From contig NC_087455.1 of the NCBI RefSeq assembly GCF_036321535.1, forward strand, positions 5,642,001-5,706,000: 64,000 nt of DNA, in the 5' to 3' direction. The position numbers and the translations under genes are program-made. The notes below the pieces were generated by a model, which was not told the origin of the DNA, did not search any database, and worked only from the letters and a program-made list of their open reading frames with translations. This DNA comes from Camelus dromedarius (taxonomy: Eukaryota). This document shows, piece after piece, positions 39,601 through 51,759 of the stretch (within the stretch, counting starts at the first letter, position 1; each line of letters starts with the position of its first letter).

Positions 39601-40263
39601 GAGACATGCAAAGAAACAGGACAATATCACCCATACCCAGGGCAGGGGGGAAAAAAAAATAGGAAGAAACTGCCTAGCAGAGGGCCCAAATCTGGCCTAG
39701 CAAAAAAAGAGATTTAAAAAAAAACAAACAAACAAAAAAAAAACCACAATACAGTAACTACAATGAAAAGTTAACCAGAGGAGCTCAACAGCAAGAATGA
39801 ATCAGTGAACCTAAAGATAAGTCAATTAAAACTACTCAGTCTAAAAGACACAGAGAAAAAAGGATGGAGAAAAATGAGCTTCAGAGCCCTGTGGGACACC
39901 ATCAAGTATACCAACATACACACACCAGGAATCTGGGGTTGGGTGGGTAGAGGAGGAAGAGAAAGGAAAAAAAAAAAAAAATTAAAGAAACAATGGCTGA
40001 GAACTACACACATCTGAAGAAAAAGATAAACCCACTAGCCACAAAGCTTAACAAACAGGAAAGACAGACATATACACCATAGTCAAATTGTTGAAAATCA
40101 AAGATAAAAGAAAGCCTGGGCAGCAGCAAGAGCAAAAACCACAGATCGTGTACAGAACAACAAAATAATTAATGACTCTTCTCATCAAAAATAATGGAGG
40201 CCATAAAACAGAAGAATGGCCTTTCACCACCTCAAAGAAAAAAACTGTCAACCAAGAATTATA

Positions 40264-40745
40264 CATAACCAGACCTTGGAGACACTGCGGGTTTGGTTCT
40301 AGACCACTGCAATAAAGCAAATATTGCAATAAAGCAAGTCACATGAATTTCTTAGTTTCCTGGTGCACATAAGCCATGTTTATACTACACTGTAATCTAT
40401 TAAGCGTGCAATAGCATTGTCTAAAAAAAGTACATACCTTAATTAAAAAATACTTTACTGTTAAAAAATGCTAACCATCATCTGAGCCTTCAGTGAGTTG
40501 CCATAGTAATATCAAAATGACTGATCACAGATCACTGTAACACATATAATAATTATGAAAAAGTTTGAGGTACTGTCAGAATTAACCAAAAAGTGACCCA
40601 GAGATATGAANNNNNNNNNNNNNNNNNNNNNNNNNNNNNNNNNNNNNNNNNNNNNNNNNNNNNNNNNNNNNNNNNNNNNNNNNNNNNNNNNNNNNNNNNN
40701 NNNNNNNNNNNNNNNNNNNNNNNNNNNNNNNNNNNNNNNNNNNNN
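40264..40745. mobile_element. Internally deleted Tigger1 derivative inserted in L1 ORF1; one end falls in the N-gap
   Basis: gaccttggagacactgcgggtttggttctagaccactgcaataaagcaaatattgcaataaagc and gatcacagatcactgtaacacatataataattatgaaaaagtttg are Tigger1 terminal segments joined directly. Confidence 0.85.
40611..40745. other. Assembly gap (135 N)
   Basis: Run of N. Confidence 0.99.
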
Positions 40746-43593
40746 ATAAACAAAGTTTTAGGGTAAAGGTGAAACGGACATTCTTAGAAAAAACACCTTT
40801 TTTTTTTTTTGCTAGCAGACCTATGTTATAAGAAAGACTAAACAAAGTCTTTCAGGCTGAAAAGAAGTAAAACCATATGGCAACTCGATCCACATAAAGA
40901 AGTAGAGAGCTCCAGAAATGATAAAGTGTGTGCATTAATATAAAAGTCTGTTAAAAATGCTGTACTACAAGCTAATATCCCTCATAATTACAGATGTAAA
41001 AATCCTTAACAAACTATTAGTAAGCCAAATCCAGCAACATATAAAAGGGATTATATATCATGACTGAGTAGGGATTATATTTCATGACCTAGAATGCAAG
41101 GTTGGCTTGACATCTGAAAATCAAGTAATGCAGCACACTGTTATTAACAGAATAAAGGAGAAAAACCACATGATCATCTCAATGGACAGAAAACGCATTT
41201 GGCAAACTCTAACAGCCATTTGTGATTAAAAAATAACTCTTAACACCTAGGAACAGAAGAGAATGTCTTCAACATGATAAAAGGCAGCAATAAAAAAAAA
41301 CCCTATAACTAACATCACACTTAATGGTAAAACACTCAAAACAACAAGGAAAGGATATCTATCTCTACCACTTCTATTCAATAATGCACTGAAAGTTGTA
41401 GTCAGTATAATAAGGAAAAAAATTAAGTAAAAATTAAAGCCATCAGATACGAAAGGAAGAAGTAAAGCTTTCTTCATTCACAGAATTATTCACAGATCAT
41501 GTGATTCTGTTATGCAGAAAATCCCAATAATGCCATTTAAAAAACTCCGCACATTAAAACTAACAACCACATCCAGCAAGGTCACAAGATACAAGATCAA
41601 CTGCATTTCTATACTCTAGTAACCACCTGAAAGTGAAATTTTAAAAAATTCCATTCATAAAACATCAAAAAGTATACAATACTTAGAAATATATTTAACA
41701 AAAGAAATCCAAGACTGATACACTGAAAACCATAAAACACTGCTGAGAAAAAATATTAAACATCTTTTTTAAAAATGGAGAGGCATCTCATGTATATAGA
41801 TTGGAAGATTCAATATTGTTAAGACAGAAATTATCCCCAAATTGATCTACAGATTCAACACACTATCTGTCAAAACCCCAGCAAGCTTTCTTTTTAGTAT
41901 AAATTGACAAGATGAATGTAAAATACATACAAAAATGCGAAGGAGCCAGAACAGCCAAAACAGCTTTAAAAAAGAACTAAACTTCAGAATTTACGGAACC
42001 TGGATTTCAAAATTTGCTATAAGGCTGAAATGATTCAGAGGACGGTACAGAAGTAAGGATAAGTATGTGTCAATGGAAGAGAACTGAGATCTTGAAAAGA
42101 ATCCATATGTTTATACTCAGTTAATTTTCAACAATGATGCCAAGGCAATTCAACAGGGAAAGAATTGTCTTTTTAACATATGGTACTGGGACAACTGGAT
42201 GTTCATTTAAAAAAAAAAAAAAAGGTTAATTTCGATCCTAATCTAACACCATACACAAAAAGTAACTTAAACTGAATGAAAGAGCTAATACGATAAAATA
42301 TTAACAAGAGAACACAGCAGACAATCTGTGTGACCCTGGGTTAAGCAAAAGAGTTTTCGGGCCAGCTCAGAATCCGGGTGGAAGAAGCTGGATCCTACCT
42401 CTCGGTGGAAGAGTGTAAAGTGATGGGGTGGGAGGCGGGTGCTGCTGCCTTTGGAAAACAGAAGCTGTCCTACTTGGCTAAGTCGGCACTCCCTGGCCCA
42501 TGGTGAGTGACCACCTCTCCTTAGTTAGTCCTGTCATAGCTGCAATTTTAAAGTCATTTATATAAATATCTGATTCTTATCTGTCCCTCCCATTACATAA
42601 ACTCCATAAGGGCAGGGACCATGTCTTTTATGAGTTCACATGTGTCTATCAAATAGAAAGCACTCAAAAACTTTATTTTTAAACTAAATGAATAATAGGA
42701 CTGTCATCCTGGCTTGAGGGAACTACAGAAAAGTTAACTATGTTAAGCTCGCAAATTAAAACAACACAATTCCATGCCCTGGCTTTTCCAATACCGTCAT
42801 GATTTAAAATATCCCGTCTCTATAAACATGGCAGTTTTCCTCACAGACAATATAATCACACACGTGCTGCTGTGTGTAAGTCAACCTACTACAGCAGCCT
42901 GGAATCGCCGAGCACAGTCCTATCCCAGACAGCTGTTTGGCAGATGTGACAGTTTCTTTAGAATAAACTGAAGAGCCAAAGTGCTCAACGTTCTAGTTTT
43001 TTTAATCTAGAACAGGAAAATTATACAAAATACCTAAATTAACTTCTGTGATGGAGGTAGGTATACGTTCTTTTTAAATGATCACATTCTCAGCAATGTC
43101 AGTGTCTGAAAAGGGTTAAAAAAGACCATCAACTGTTAACAAAACATAACTATCTGCACAACGCCTTTCCTCTCTGCTCACACGCTGCCCAGAAGCCACT
43201 TGCATGTGTCCTCTCCCCCAAACCACACGCGCCTCGAGGGCAGGGCCTGTCCACTCACGTTACACGCTCAACCCCAAGGACGTGCCTGGCACACAGACGA
43301 GCTTGTGCTGGAGAGCAATGAACCTCAGAGGTGATTCAGTGTCACAAAAAAGCTGAGGACTGGAGTCCCCAATGCATATCTGTCAATTTTCTCGGCCTGT
43401 CACCTTAGCAGTATTATCTAATCTCTTTAAAAATCCTTCTTTATATAAAGAAGGAATGATGCCAAGTAGTTCACAGGGACACTTTAACAGATAAGGTGCT
43501 ATGCAAATAATAATTACTGATAAGAATTATCAAGGATTAAAACAAAGGAAGGACTTGAAGTACAAATTAACTATCAAGAAAAATTGTACTAAC

Positions 43594-43740
43594 AGGAATG
43601 AGGAACTTTTTGATTTCTTCCAAAGCATGTCCCATCCGGGCGTAGGCTTCTGCTGGGGGTGCAAAAACTTCAATGAGAACGTGGAGGTCATCATTGAGGT
43701 GGAAATACTTTGCTTCTCCACTTTTCCTCAACTCTTCTTC
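43594..43740 (-). CDS. KHDRBS3: KHDRBS3 exon 4 (147 nt, phase 0->0): [49 protein letters not shown]
   Basis: Acceptor ctctcttcag; donor CCT|GTTAGT. Open frame continues the KH domain. Confidence 0.97.
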
Positions 43741-43899
43741 CTGAAGAGAGAAAAACTATGTTCAAAAGTGTGTCAATGTAAGAAAAGAAAAGGAAAATTA
43801 ACACAAGCTGAGCTTATCTGGCATGTGGCTGTCACAAAAGATGCACTCTGCAGCAAACACCACCACCTGAGGAAGAACGTTTACAGCACAGATCTGACC

Positions 43900-44335
43900 C
43901 TGCCGTCCCCAGGGCTTCCTGTCGTTGCCAGGTTGTCTCCAGCCCTGCCCACGGCCTCGGCTCCGGCTCCCTGGCCTCCTCCAGCTTCCCTCGCTCAACC
44001 CCTCCAGGCCTGCACAGACCTCCTCCGTGTCCCTCAAACTGGCCAAGCAACCAGGCTCACTTGTGCACGGGTCGCGCTGTGTGCTGTGCTGCCCTTACGA
44101 AGCAGTCCCCACTCTCTTAAGATACCGGACTTTTCACTTGTCCCCACTTCCTCATGGCTCTCACTGAAGGTGACCGCCACAGAGCAGAACCCAGGAGCGC
44201 CCTGTCTGGTGCTGCACTCTCCTTGTCTAGAGAAGTGCTTGGTAGACAGCAGGGGCTCAATAAGTGTTTTGGAATGAGTAGGTAAGTGCTATTTATTCAT
44301 TTCTATGTTCATTTGTTCATTCATATATTCATTCA
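43900..44335 (+). mobile_element. L2 LINE 3' part
   Basis: Pyrimidine-rich L2 body ending cttgtctagagaagtgcttggtagacagcaggggctcaataagtgttttggaatgag. Confidence 0.7.
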
Positions 44336-44864
44336 AAAAACATTTCTATAGATCAGGCACTATATCTGAGAATAAAACAATGAATAAATAAGATGGAAAT
44401 ATTTTATTACAGGATTTTACATAATTATGATAAACATTAAAAAGCTTTTTTTTTTTTTTGGTTGATATGATGAAATTCAGGGGAAATAGGAGGGAAACAA
44501 ACAGATCATTAAGGGACAACTGACTTTGCTCCATATCTTTTCCTAACGAGACTTCATTAGGGTGGCAATTACGGAAAATGGTTCTTTTAATAGTCTTTGT
44601 TCTCAACATTAAAATCAGACAGGCAGATTAAGATTAGTGGAAACCCACTAAAGTGATTTCCAAAAGGCAGGAAACCTTGACAGCCTCTCCAAAAAGTCTA
44701 CCCCACGCGAGTGAGAACCCTAGGAATTCCAGGCAGCAACACCTCTTCACTCCCGCATTAGCTAAGAGGCCAAGGAGGCACGCACAACCTCGACTTCACC
44801 TCTTCAGGCTTCAACTTTTGCTACTTAATTTGAATTCTTACAAAGAAAAGAGAGATTAAAACAC

Positions 44865-44985
44865 AGAATATAAAAACAAATATATTGTATGTGTATGTAG
44901 GACTGAACTAGTGTGCTGTACACCAGAAACTGACACAACATTGTAAACCGACTACACTTCAATAAAAACAAACAAAAAACACAGA
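44865..44985 (+). mobile_element. Short 3'-terminal copy of a cetartiodactyl-type L1
   Basis: tatgtgtatgtaggactgaactagtgtgctgtacaccagaaactgacacaacattgtaaaccgactacacttcaataaaaacaaacaaaaaac, the same family as 16866-16953. Confidence 0.8.
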
Positions 44986-46766
44986 GCATGAAAAGGGCAG
45001 GGGATTTAAGAGTCAAATGTACCTGAATCTTAGCCATGCTGGTCACCAGGTGTGTGAATTTAGACAAATTACATGTAAGCCAAGATTAATTTGCAAAATC
45101 AACTTGGTGTTAACGTATGTATACTAATGCAGATCCACTGAGAAGACTGAGAGGACCGGTTGGTGCAAAGGCCTGGCCAAGGAGGCTGTGTGCACAGTGC
45201 CCAGGACACGCCTGGTGCGTGGTGGGCACTCAGTCAACGCTAGTTTCTTTCACATTTATGGAAAGTGGGCCAGAAAGAAAAGAAAAAAAAATTTGAAGAA
45301 AGGGAGAGCAAATATAAGTTACCATAGTATCCTATGTATTTCCTTCAAAATTTGTCAAGAATGAAAAGGACTATTCTTTCATGTCAACCATGACCTACTC
45401 CTTGATCTAATCAGAACATTTTCAATCATTTGATTGGACAAGCTGCCTTCCACAGCTAAGTCTTCAAAACTGGATTCTATGCACAGTAGTTCATCTTTGA
45501 AAGCATGAACTACTGAAATAAACATTTCTTATCTTTTTCTAATATGGAACCAAACTAATGCTTTTAATGAGAGATTATAATTACTGATTCAAAGGCAAAC
45601 ATTTTCATTTCTATTATAAACTTAAGCTGGAAAAGGGAGGTTTTCTAATCATAATCACATCCAGCACACAACTCCATAGACTGAGTAGTTATTATGCGAC
45701 TACTTTTTGGGTTAATGGTAAGAGGCAATGTGGTGTTTGGGAAAGAATACCAGAGTTGGTTTTATGTTCTGCATTCAAATCCCAAAAGCAACAGACGGTC
45801 AGGTTAATTTACCCTCATCTTGAAGGGGTGACTTTAAAGCGGGATGATAACAGTTTAGTACCTACTGCTCAAAGGGTTGCTGCTGTAGTAATAAAGGAGT
45901 TTTTAACAGTAACAAAGGAGTCGTAGTAACTCTAAAGACATAAAAAGTCTTTAGAATTATTCTTAGCACATAATAAGCACTCAAATGGTAAATACAGTAA
46001 CAATAACCATTATTACACAGCTACAGCTATCAACTATTCTATTGTTCTGTAATATAGATGATGTGGGCAAAACATCCAACGTGTTTGGCACAAACTGAAG
46101 GCTCAGCAGACCGAAGCATTATAGCGATCGTTACGCTACATGATGAGCTGATGTGTGTCAGTAATGGCCCCATAATTTCATCCAAGTAGCAAATACAAGA
46201 AGAAAATGAATTATGTTCACATTAGAATTTAAATGGTGAACACTCTGAAAATCTAAAAGGATGAGATTTTTAATATGAAGTAATGGAAATCTCTTTAGAA
46301 ATAAACATATTATTAACTGAGAATTCCTGTAGACTGAAACTAAAATTAGTGAGAAGAATCAACTGAAATCAGCACTTAAGAGTTCAGGCAGTGAGGCTCT
46401 GATTACAATGTAGCAGGTGGGTGGGATGATTTCCAAAAAGATGCACTAACTTCTGACCAGCTGACCAATACACGGTTCCACGCTCTCCCGACGGCAGGAA
46501 TACATGAGTCGGGAATCAGAGTCACATCATTTGAGGCCGCGATGCTCAGTGAGCAGTTTGCCCTATCCTGGCTGGCACTGCAATCATCTAAACACCTACC
46601 GAAAGTGCATTTTGAGGTTCCACCCTAAACAGATTGGGGCAGGGGACTCTTATTATATAGCATCTATATGAGTCTGATACATAGCCAAGTTTTAATCAAA
46701 TAACACAATGAACTTCCATGATTAACCCAGATAATATGTTCAGGTTCTCTGAGTTTCAGTTTTCTT

Positions 46767-46913
46767 GTTTGTCTGCTTTTTTTGGGGGGGGGGGCGGGGG
46801 GCAGTGGTAATTAGGTTTGTTCATTTATTTATTTAATGGAGGTACTGGGGATAGAACCCAGGACCTCGTGCGTGCTAGGAAAGCGCCCTACCACTGAGCT
46901 ATATGTATCTTCC
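46767..46913 (-). mobile_element. Camelid tRNA-derived SINE (Vic-1-like) inserted into a MIR
   Basis: Minus strand tatagctcagtggtagggcgct...ggtcctgggttctatccccagtacctccatt, with A/B boxes and an A-rich tail. Approximate target-site duplication ctctgagtttcagttttctt (46747-46766) / ctctgaatctcagttttctt (46914-46933). Confidence 0.88.
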
Positions 46914-46970
46914 CTCTGAATCTCAGTTTTCTTAAGTGTAAAATAAGGAAAATGTTATGTATCTGCCATC

Positions 46971-47016
46971 TTTTAATAACTGCTTCCTGTGTTAGAACAG
47001 GAAGCAGTTATTAAAA
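46971..47016. repeat. Perfect 20-bp inverted repeat with a 6-nt loop
   Basis: ttttaataactgcttcctgt-gttaga-acaggaagcagttattaaaa; the arms are exact reverse complements. Confidence 0.97.
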
Positions 47017-47490
47017 CATTTATAATCAATTTTGACTTGATAAAATACATACAATATCAAAAGAAAGGCAAAAAGAGCAAATAAAAGCATATACTTTATA
47101 AACGCAACTATACGAAACACGGGTGTAGAAAAAAAGACCTGAAGGAACTAATCTAAAATGAAAATAGTGATGGTGAGATTACAAATGACTTTTATTTCTC
47201 TACACGATAATTTCAACACCACTGTACTTTCTACAAGGCACTGCTTCTAGAATCAAAACCACAGGTACTACTGTTTTACTCTACAAATGAAAGTAATACT
47301 AATAGATTTTGGTTTAGAATACTATGTATTTTCAAACTGGCCAGAGTGATCCATTTTTCTAAATAGTATCACAAATATATCACCACATATAGCATTTTCA
47401 TGTAGTTTCATTTGAGATCCTAGTTAATGTTCATATAATACATTTTAACACAATGGAGGATCTAAAAGTACACTACATAACAAGTGTTAC

Positions 47491-47607
47491 CTTTGCCTTG
47501 TCTCTCATGGAGCCTTTCCCAAGGATGGACATTTTTGTCAAAGTTTCTTCTTGTAAACGCTTCAAAGAATTGCCACGTGGCCCTAAAAGTTTTCCCACGA
47601 AGTTGAA
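47491..47607 (-). CDS. KHDRBS3: KHDRBS3 exon 3 (117 nt, phase 0->0): [41 protein letters not shown] domain with GPRG (GxxG) loop
   Basis: Acceptor ttattttttctag; donor AAG|GTAACA. Carries the STAR-family [12 protein letters not shown] signature. Confidence 0.98.
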
Positions 47608-48229
47608 CTAGAAAAAATAAAAGAACAAATTTGTAACATTCATATTCGAAGTAAGGAAAGTAATTTATTTCCTGAATGTTAAGAAACATTGCAGTATGCT
47701 GCACAGCACTGATTAATGACAAATATTTAAGTTCCTGCTGCACGCATTACTCTATAATGCTTCCCACAAACCAGATAAAACAGGGGCTAAAAAATATAAA
47801 ATTTAAAAAAAACCCCGATATATTTATTTATACCAAATCACTTCAATGATGGCCAAAATTTACAAACAGTAAATGAAGTTAGTTCCCAGAATTCCAAAGT
47901 TGACATGCTGACAATTTCAGCACACATTCAGCATCCACCAGGAGAAGTGCTGGAATGAAGAGCACTGGTGAGGAAGACCGATACCTGCTATCCTGTAATG
48001 GGCACCAGGCTGGTCACTATCAGTGTCTGGGTTCTTCTTCCTGGTCAGCACTTAATCCTCCGTAAGCCAACCAATGAGCATACTGGCCTGAGCGGGTTCT
48101 AAGACTTCAGGGACTTACAAGAGCTTGATGACAAAATCCATCAACCTTTCTGACATAACTGGCAATGGGAATGTGGACAACTGATCTGGCCTAGGTGCCC
48201 GGGGTTCTTTGCTTAACAAGCAGAGAAGT

Positions 48230-48480
48230 GAATTAAGGGGACTCTGGACTCTGAGAATAGCCAGGTCTCCCATATTCCTACTGAGTAACCGTGGGCAAAC
48301 CACCTAACCTCTCTGTGCCCTGGTTTCCCTGACTGTAAACTGGGAATGATGGATGGCAACAGGACCCCTGTAGGGCTCTTATGAGGATTAGATGGGTCCA
48401 TGTACATAAATCATTGAGAACAATGCTTGGCACATAACAGACACTCAATAAATACACAACGGATGAATGAATGATTATTA
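48230..48480 (+). mobile_element. MIR SINE (near full length)
   Basis: ggactctggactctgag...ccgtgggcaaaccacctaacctctctgtgccctggtttcc...tgaggattagatg...tggcacataacagacactcaataaat. Confidence 0.85.
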
Positions 48481-49589
48481 GGAATCTCACACAACTTTTA
48501 AAAGCCTTACTATAATTATCAATTCTTCTTGCTCCCAAACAGAAAGTCAGCCCTATTTACCAAGAGAGAAACCGTTCTTTTTGGCAAGATTCTTGGTTGC
48601 AAACCCATGTAGTGGCTGCTCTAGTGTGGGCCCCCTCCCATGAGCCATGCCACAGCAGTGCTGCTGCTGTTTTTAAGAGAAAACTGTTCCTTGTGTTTCT
48701 AACTATGGTAACTAAAGTGCTCTTCCTGAAGTACTTGAAAAAAAATCAAAATGGCATTTTTTCCTTAGCCACTTTTCATTTTATTGGTCTTCAACAAAAA
48801 CTAAATTATCTGTTTTTAACCTTTACATGTAATTACTTTTGGATTTTTAAAATTTAATTTAAAGCAAATTACTTAAAAAACACAGAGGTCATACTTACAG
48901 AGTTTAAAATATCAAATACTACTACAAGGTGGGGGGAAAATCCGTGTCTCAAAACCCACCCTACCTCATTCTTGTTCCCTGTTTTCTCGGCTTTATATTT
49001 CTGGAAATTCTGTTATTTGGATAGTGGGCCTTCTGAGTTGGATTTCTAAGTTTCTCTCTTATTTCTCTGTCTTTCTCTTTCAGCTTCTCTCTCTTTTACT
49101 TTCTGGAGGATTTAAGTACATTTCCTACATACCCACTGATTCATTTCTACTATCAAATGTTTAATGACTAACAGTATTTTCTTATATTAGTTCCTTTATG
49201 GCATTTACAAATATTTTATGGAAGTATGTAAGTTCTTTTCTTTCTGAGGATGTTAAAGGCAGTAGCCCCACCCCCAGCCCCCACCATGGAGCTTACAGTG
49301 CCTGCTTCCTCCAACAGAGCCCCCTTCCCTCCCCGTTTTGCGAATCTGCTTCTTGCTATGTAATGGACTTTGCTCACATGACTGGTAATCCTCTGTTGCT
49401 CAGTCCACAAGGGCAGATGCCTGGTTTTCTCAGCCAGGAAGGGCACCCAGGGGTCTCACCACGTCTGCGCAAACTTTCAGCCAAGTCTCCTCTACCCCAC
49501 ACATCCACCTTCACGGAGACTGGTGCCCACAACTGCCGAGTCTTCTCAAGGCTTTCCCACACTAACAAGCACGTTTCTGGGTGACCTCT

Positions 49590-50070
49590 TGCCCTGTCAG
49601 CTCTGGTCATAGACCCCACCAATTCCCATTCTCTGCCCCATAAAAGATTAAGTGACCTGTTTGTCCCCACTGATCCACCAGAAAATGTCCCTTAGCCCGA
49701 CATGATCAAACTCCATTTGAGCCTCTGTCCTGTCTCAGGTTCCTGAATGTGACGCACACGCGACCCTGGCCAGGCACACGACTCCGCAACAGGCCCTCTG
49801 CTTCCAGCGACCAGCTTCAGGGTGAGACAATCTCGACCTTCTGTCCCTAAGTGCCCCCCCCACCACCACCCTGCCCACTGCCCCACACGTTCTGGCCTCG
49901 TCCACTCCCCCTAGGAGAGAAAACTCTCTGCGGTCTGACCTCAGAGACACTGACAGGCCTCAGGCTCAGAGTTCTCCTGGCAGTCCCTTTCCCTGACCTT
50001 CCAGAAATCCTTCCGAATAAGTCCGTGCTGCTTTAACTCAGGGTTTGTTTTCTGTTTGATGACCATGTTA
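49590..50070 (+). mobile_element. ERV-type solo LTR (family not assigned)
   Basis: TATA-like cccataaaag; polyA-like aataagtccgtgctgctttaactcagggtttgttttctg near the end; U3-R-U5-like layout. Confidence 0.5.
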
Positions 50071-50569
50071 GCAAGAAGGACACAAAGAACCTAAAACATT
50101 TCAGCCTTCATTTTTATTAATGATTTAATTAATGCATAGATTTGAATGGAAGGGGAAAGTGTTATCTCTAAGACCATTAATATTTCTCCAGATGCCAATT
50201 ATTAGATTATAAATATGCTATCACATTACAAAGGTTACATCTGTAAACAGGAAACTTCAAATGATTATAAAGATGGTGAGCCAACATACAGTAAGTGTAC
50301 CTTTCACTGCATAATGTATAGAATCCAATAATTATGTTCTTCCTTGGTAAAGACCAAGGAAGAACTAGCTTTAATTGATCTAAACTGTATTTGTGACATG
50401 ACACTGTTCTGTGGGGAACAATGACAGTTAAGCTGTCATTTCATAAACAACTAAGCCTCAAGAACATGTCACTGTCTCCACTAAAAGGTCTCCCTTAACT
50501 GGGCACTCACCAAAAAGCCGGTTAGCCTAACAAAGGGGTGCTTTACTGACCTCTACCTCCACACACAGC

Positions 50570-51130
50570 TGAGCCTGTAACCTCTGCCAACATAGCACCA
50601 AACACATTATCCTTCCAGAGGTCCTGAGCCCAGCAAATGGCACTGCCACCCACGCAGCAACTCCAGCCAGAAAGTTGACACTCACTCCATGCGGGCAGTG
50701 ACTAGGCCTTCTGTGTTCACTGCTCCGTCACCAGTGCACAGAGGGCATTTAGTCAACGTCCAGTGAGTCGTTACAGCATGACAGTGTTACCTCCTGAATC
50801 TCTCTTACACTTGCCTACTTTTCTGTAGTCCCACCACAACCACTCCGTCCAGACCATCACCATCTCTCACCTCGCACACTGCAGAATCCTATCTCTGTAT
50901 CACCATCTCCTTCAATCAGCAGAGAGGGCTCAACACAAGGGTGACCCTGTCACATCTCTATTTAAAAATACAACTGTCCAGCCATCCTTTGAATGAAGCC
51001 CATGTCCTGGCACTGCTGTGCGAGGCCAGCTCACCTCCCAGTCCCGCTGCTCTCCTGCTTTTGATTTTAGCCATTCTCAACTTGTTTCTCAACAATACCA
51101 GGTTCCAAGAACTACCCATTTCAGCTCAGA
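50570..51130 (+). mobile_element. L2 LINE fragments
   Basis: aatggcactgccacccacgcagcaactccagccagaaagttgacactc; ccaccactccgtccagaccatcaccatctctcacct. Confidence 0.6.
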
Positions 51131-51759
51131 CGTAGAGCTGTAAAGAACATCACTCTCACCCTTAAAACAACAAGAAAACTGAACAGAACGCCTCAGTTCT
51201 TACAGGTCTGACTCCCATCCCCGGGTAACCAGTGCTTCCACTTCCTATGGTGGCCTCAGGGTAACAGGTCTTCATATGTTGCTCAGCTTCCAAGATCAGA
51301 AAAGCTGGAGCCGTCAGGCCTCCTTAAAGCCAGGCCTGGAAGCTCGCATCTTGTCAGTTAAAGCTGCTGCAGGGTCTGGACAGTCTCAAGGGAAGGGCAC
51401 CCCCGGGAGCACGGATGCTGGGAGTGGCCACGGGGAGGGGGGCGCGCAGCACACCATAATGCCCGGCCGCAGGGAAAAGCACCAAGCAGTTCATTTATCA
51501 AAAAGTTAAAGTTTTAATATCCTCAAACATCACAGTCTTTTCCAGTCCTGGCAATTCCTGCCTACCTTCCTTTCCTTAAGAGGAGGTGGGGTGGTGGTCT
51601 CTCTGAGGGCAGGGACCCTGACGTACCCACCTGTGTCCCTCAGCCACAGCTGAGAACAGCACCGGCTTCTAACAGGCGAGCAGCATCTCACGCACTGGAA
51701 GTGGACGAGGAGTGCCAACCACAGTTAACACCCCCATAAACCAGTCACTGCCCAAGACT

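Larger units (their letters stand above)
38630..42350 (+). mobile_element. Ancient L1M with 5' region, ORF1 and internally deleted ORF2; contains a nested Tigger1 derivative
   Basis: 5' ggaacttccagtataactgaggag...; ORF1 ttcagagccctgtgggacaccatcaagtataccaacatac; ORF2 gaatgcaaggttggcttgacatctgaaaatc, ccaaggcaattcaacaggga and caccatacacaaaaagtaac. Confidence 0.88.

Noticed and set aside
43501-44277. Longest ORF in the track (258 aa, plus strand)
   Set aside because: It runs antisense across exon 4 and then through an L2 remnant. There is no recognisable domain, and it is composed of intron, shadow and repeat parts.
45484-45515. 11-bp stem hairpin cagtagttcat/atgaactactg
   Set aside because: About one such stem is expected by chance in 64 kb of AT-rich DNA.
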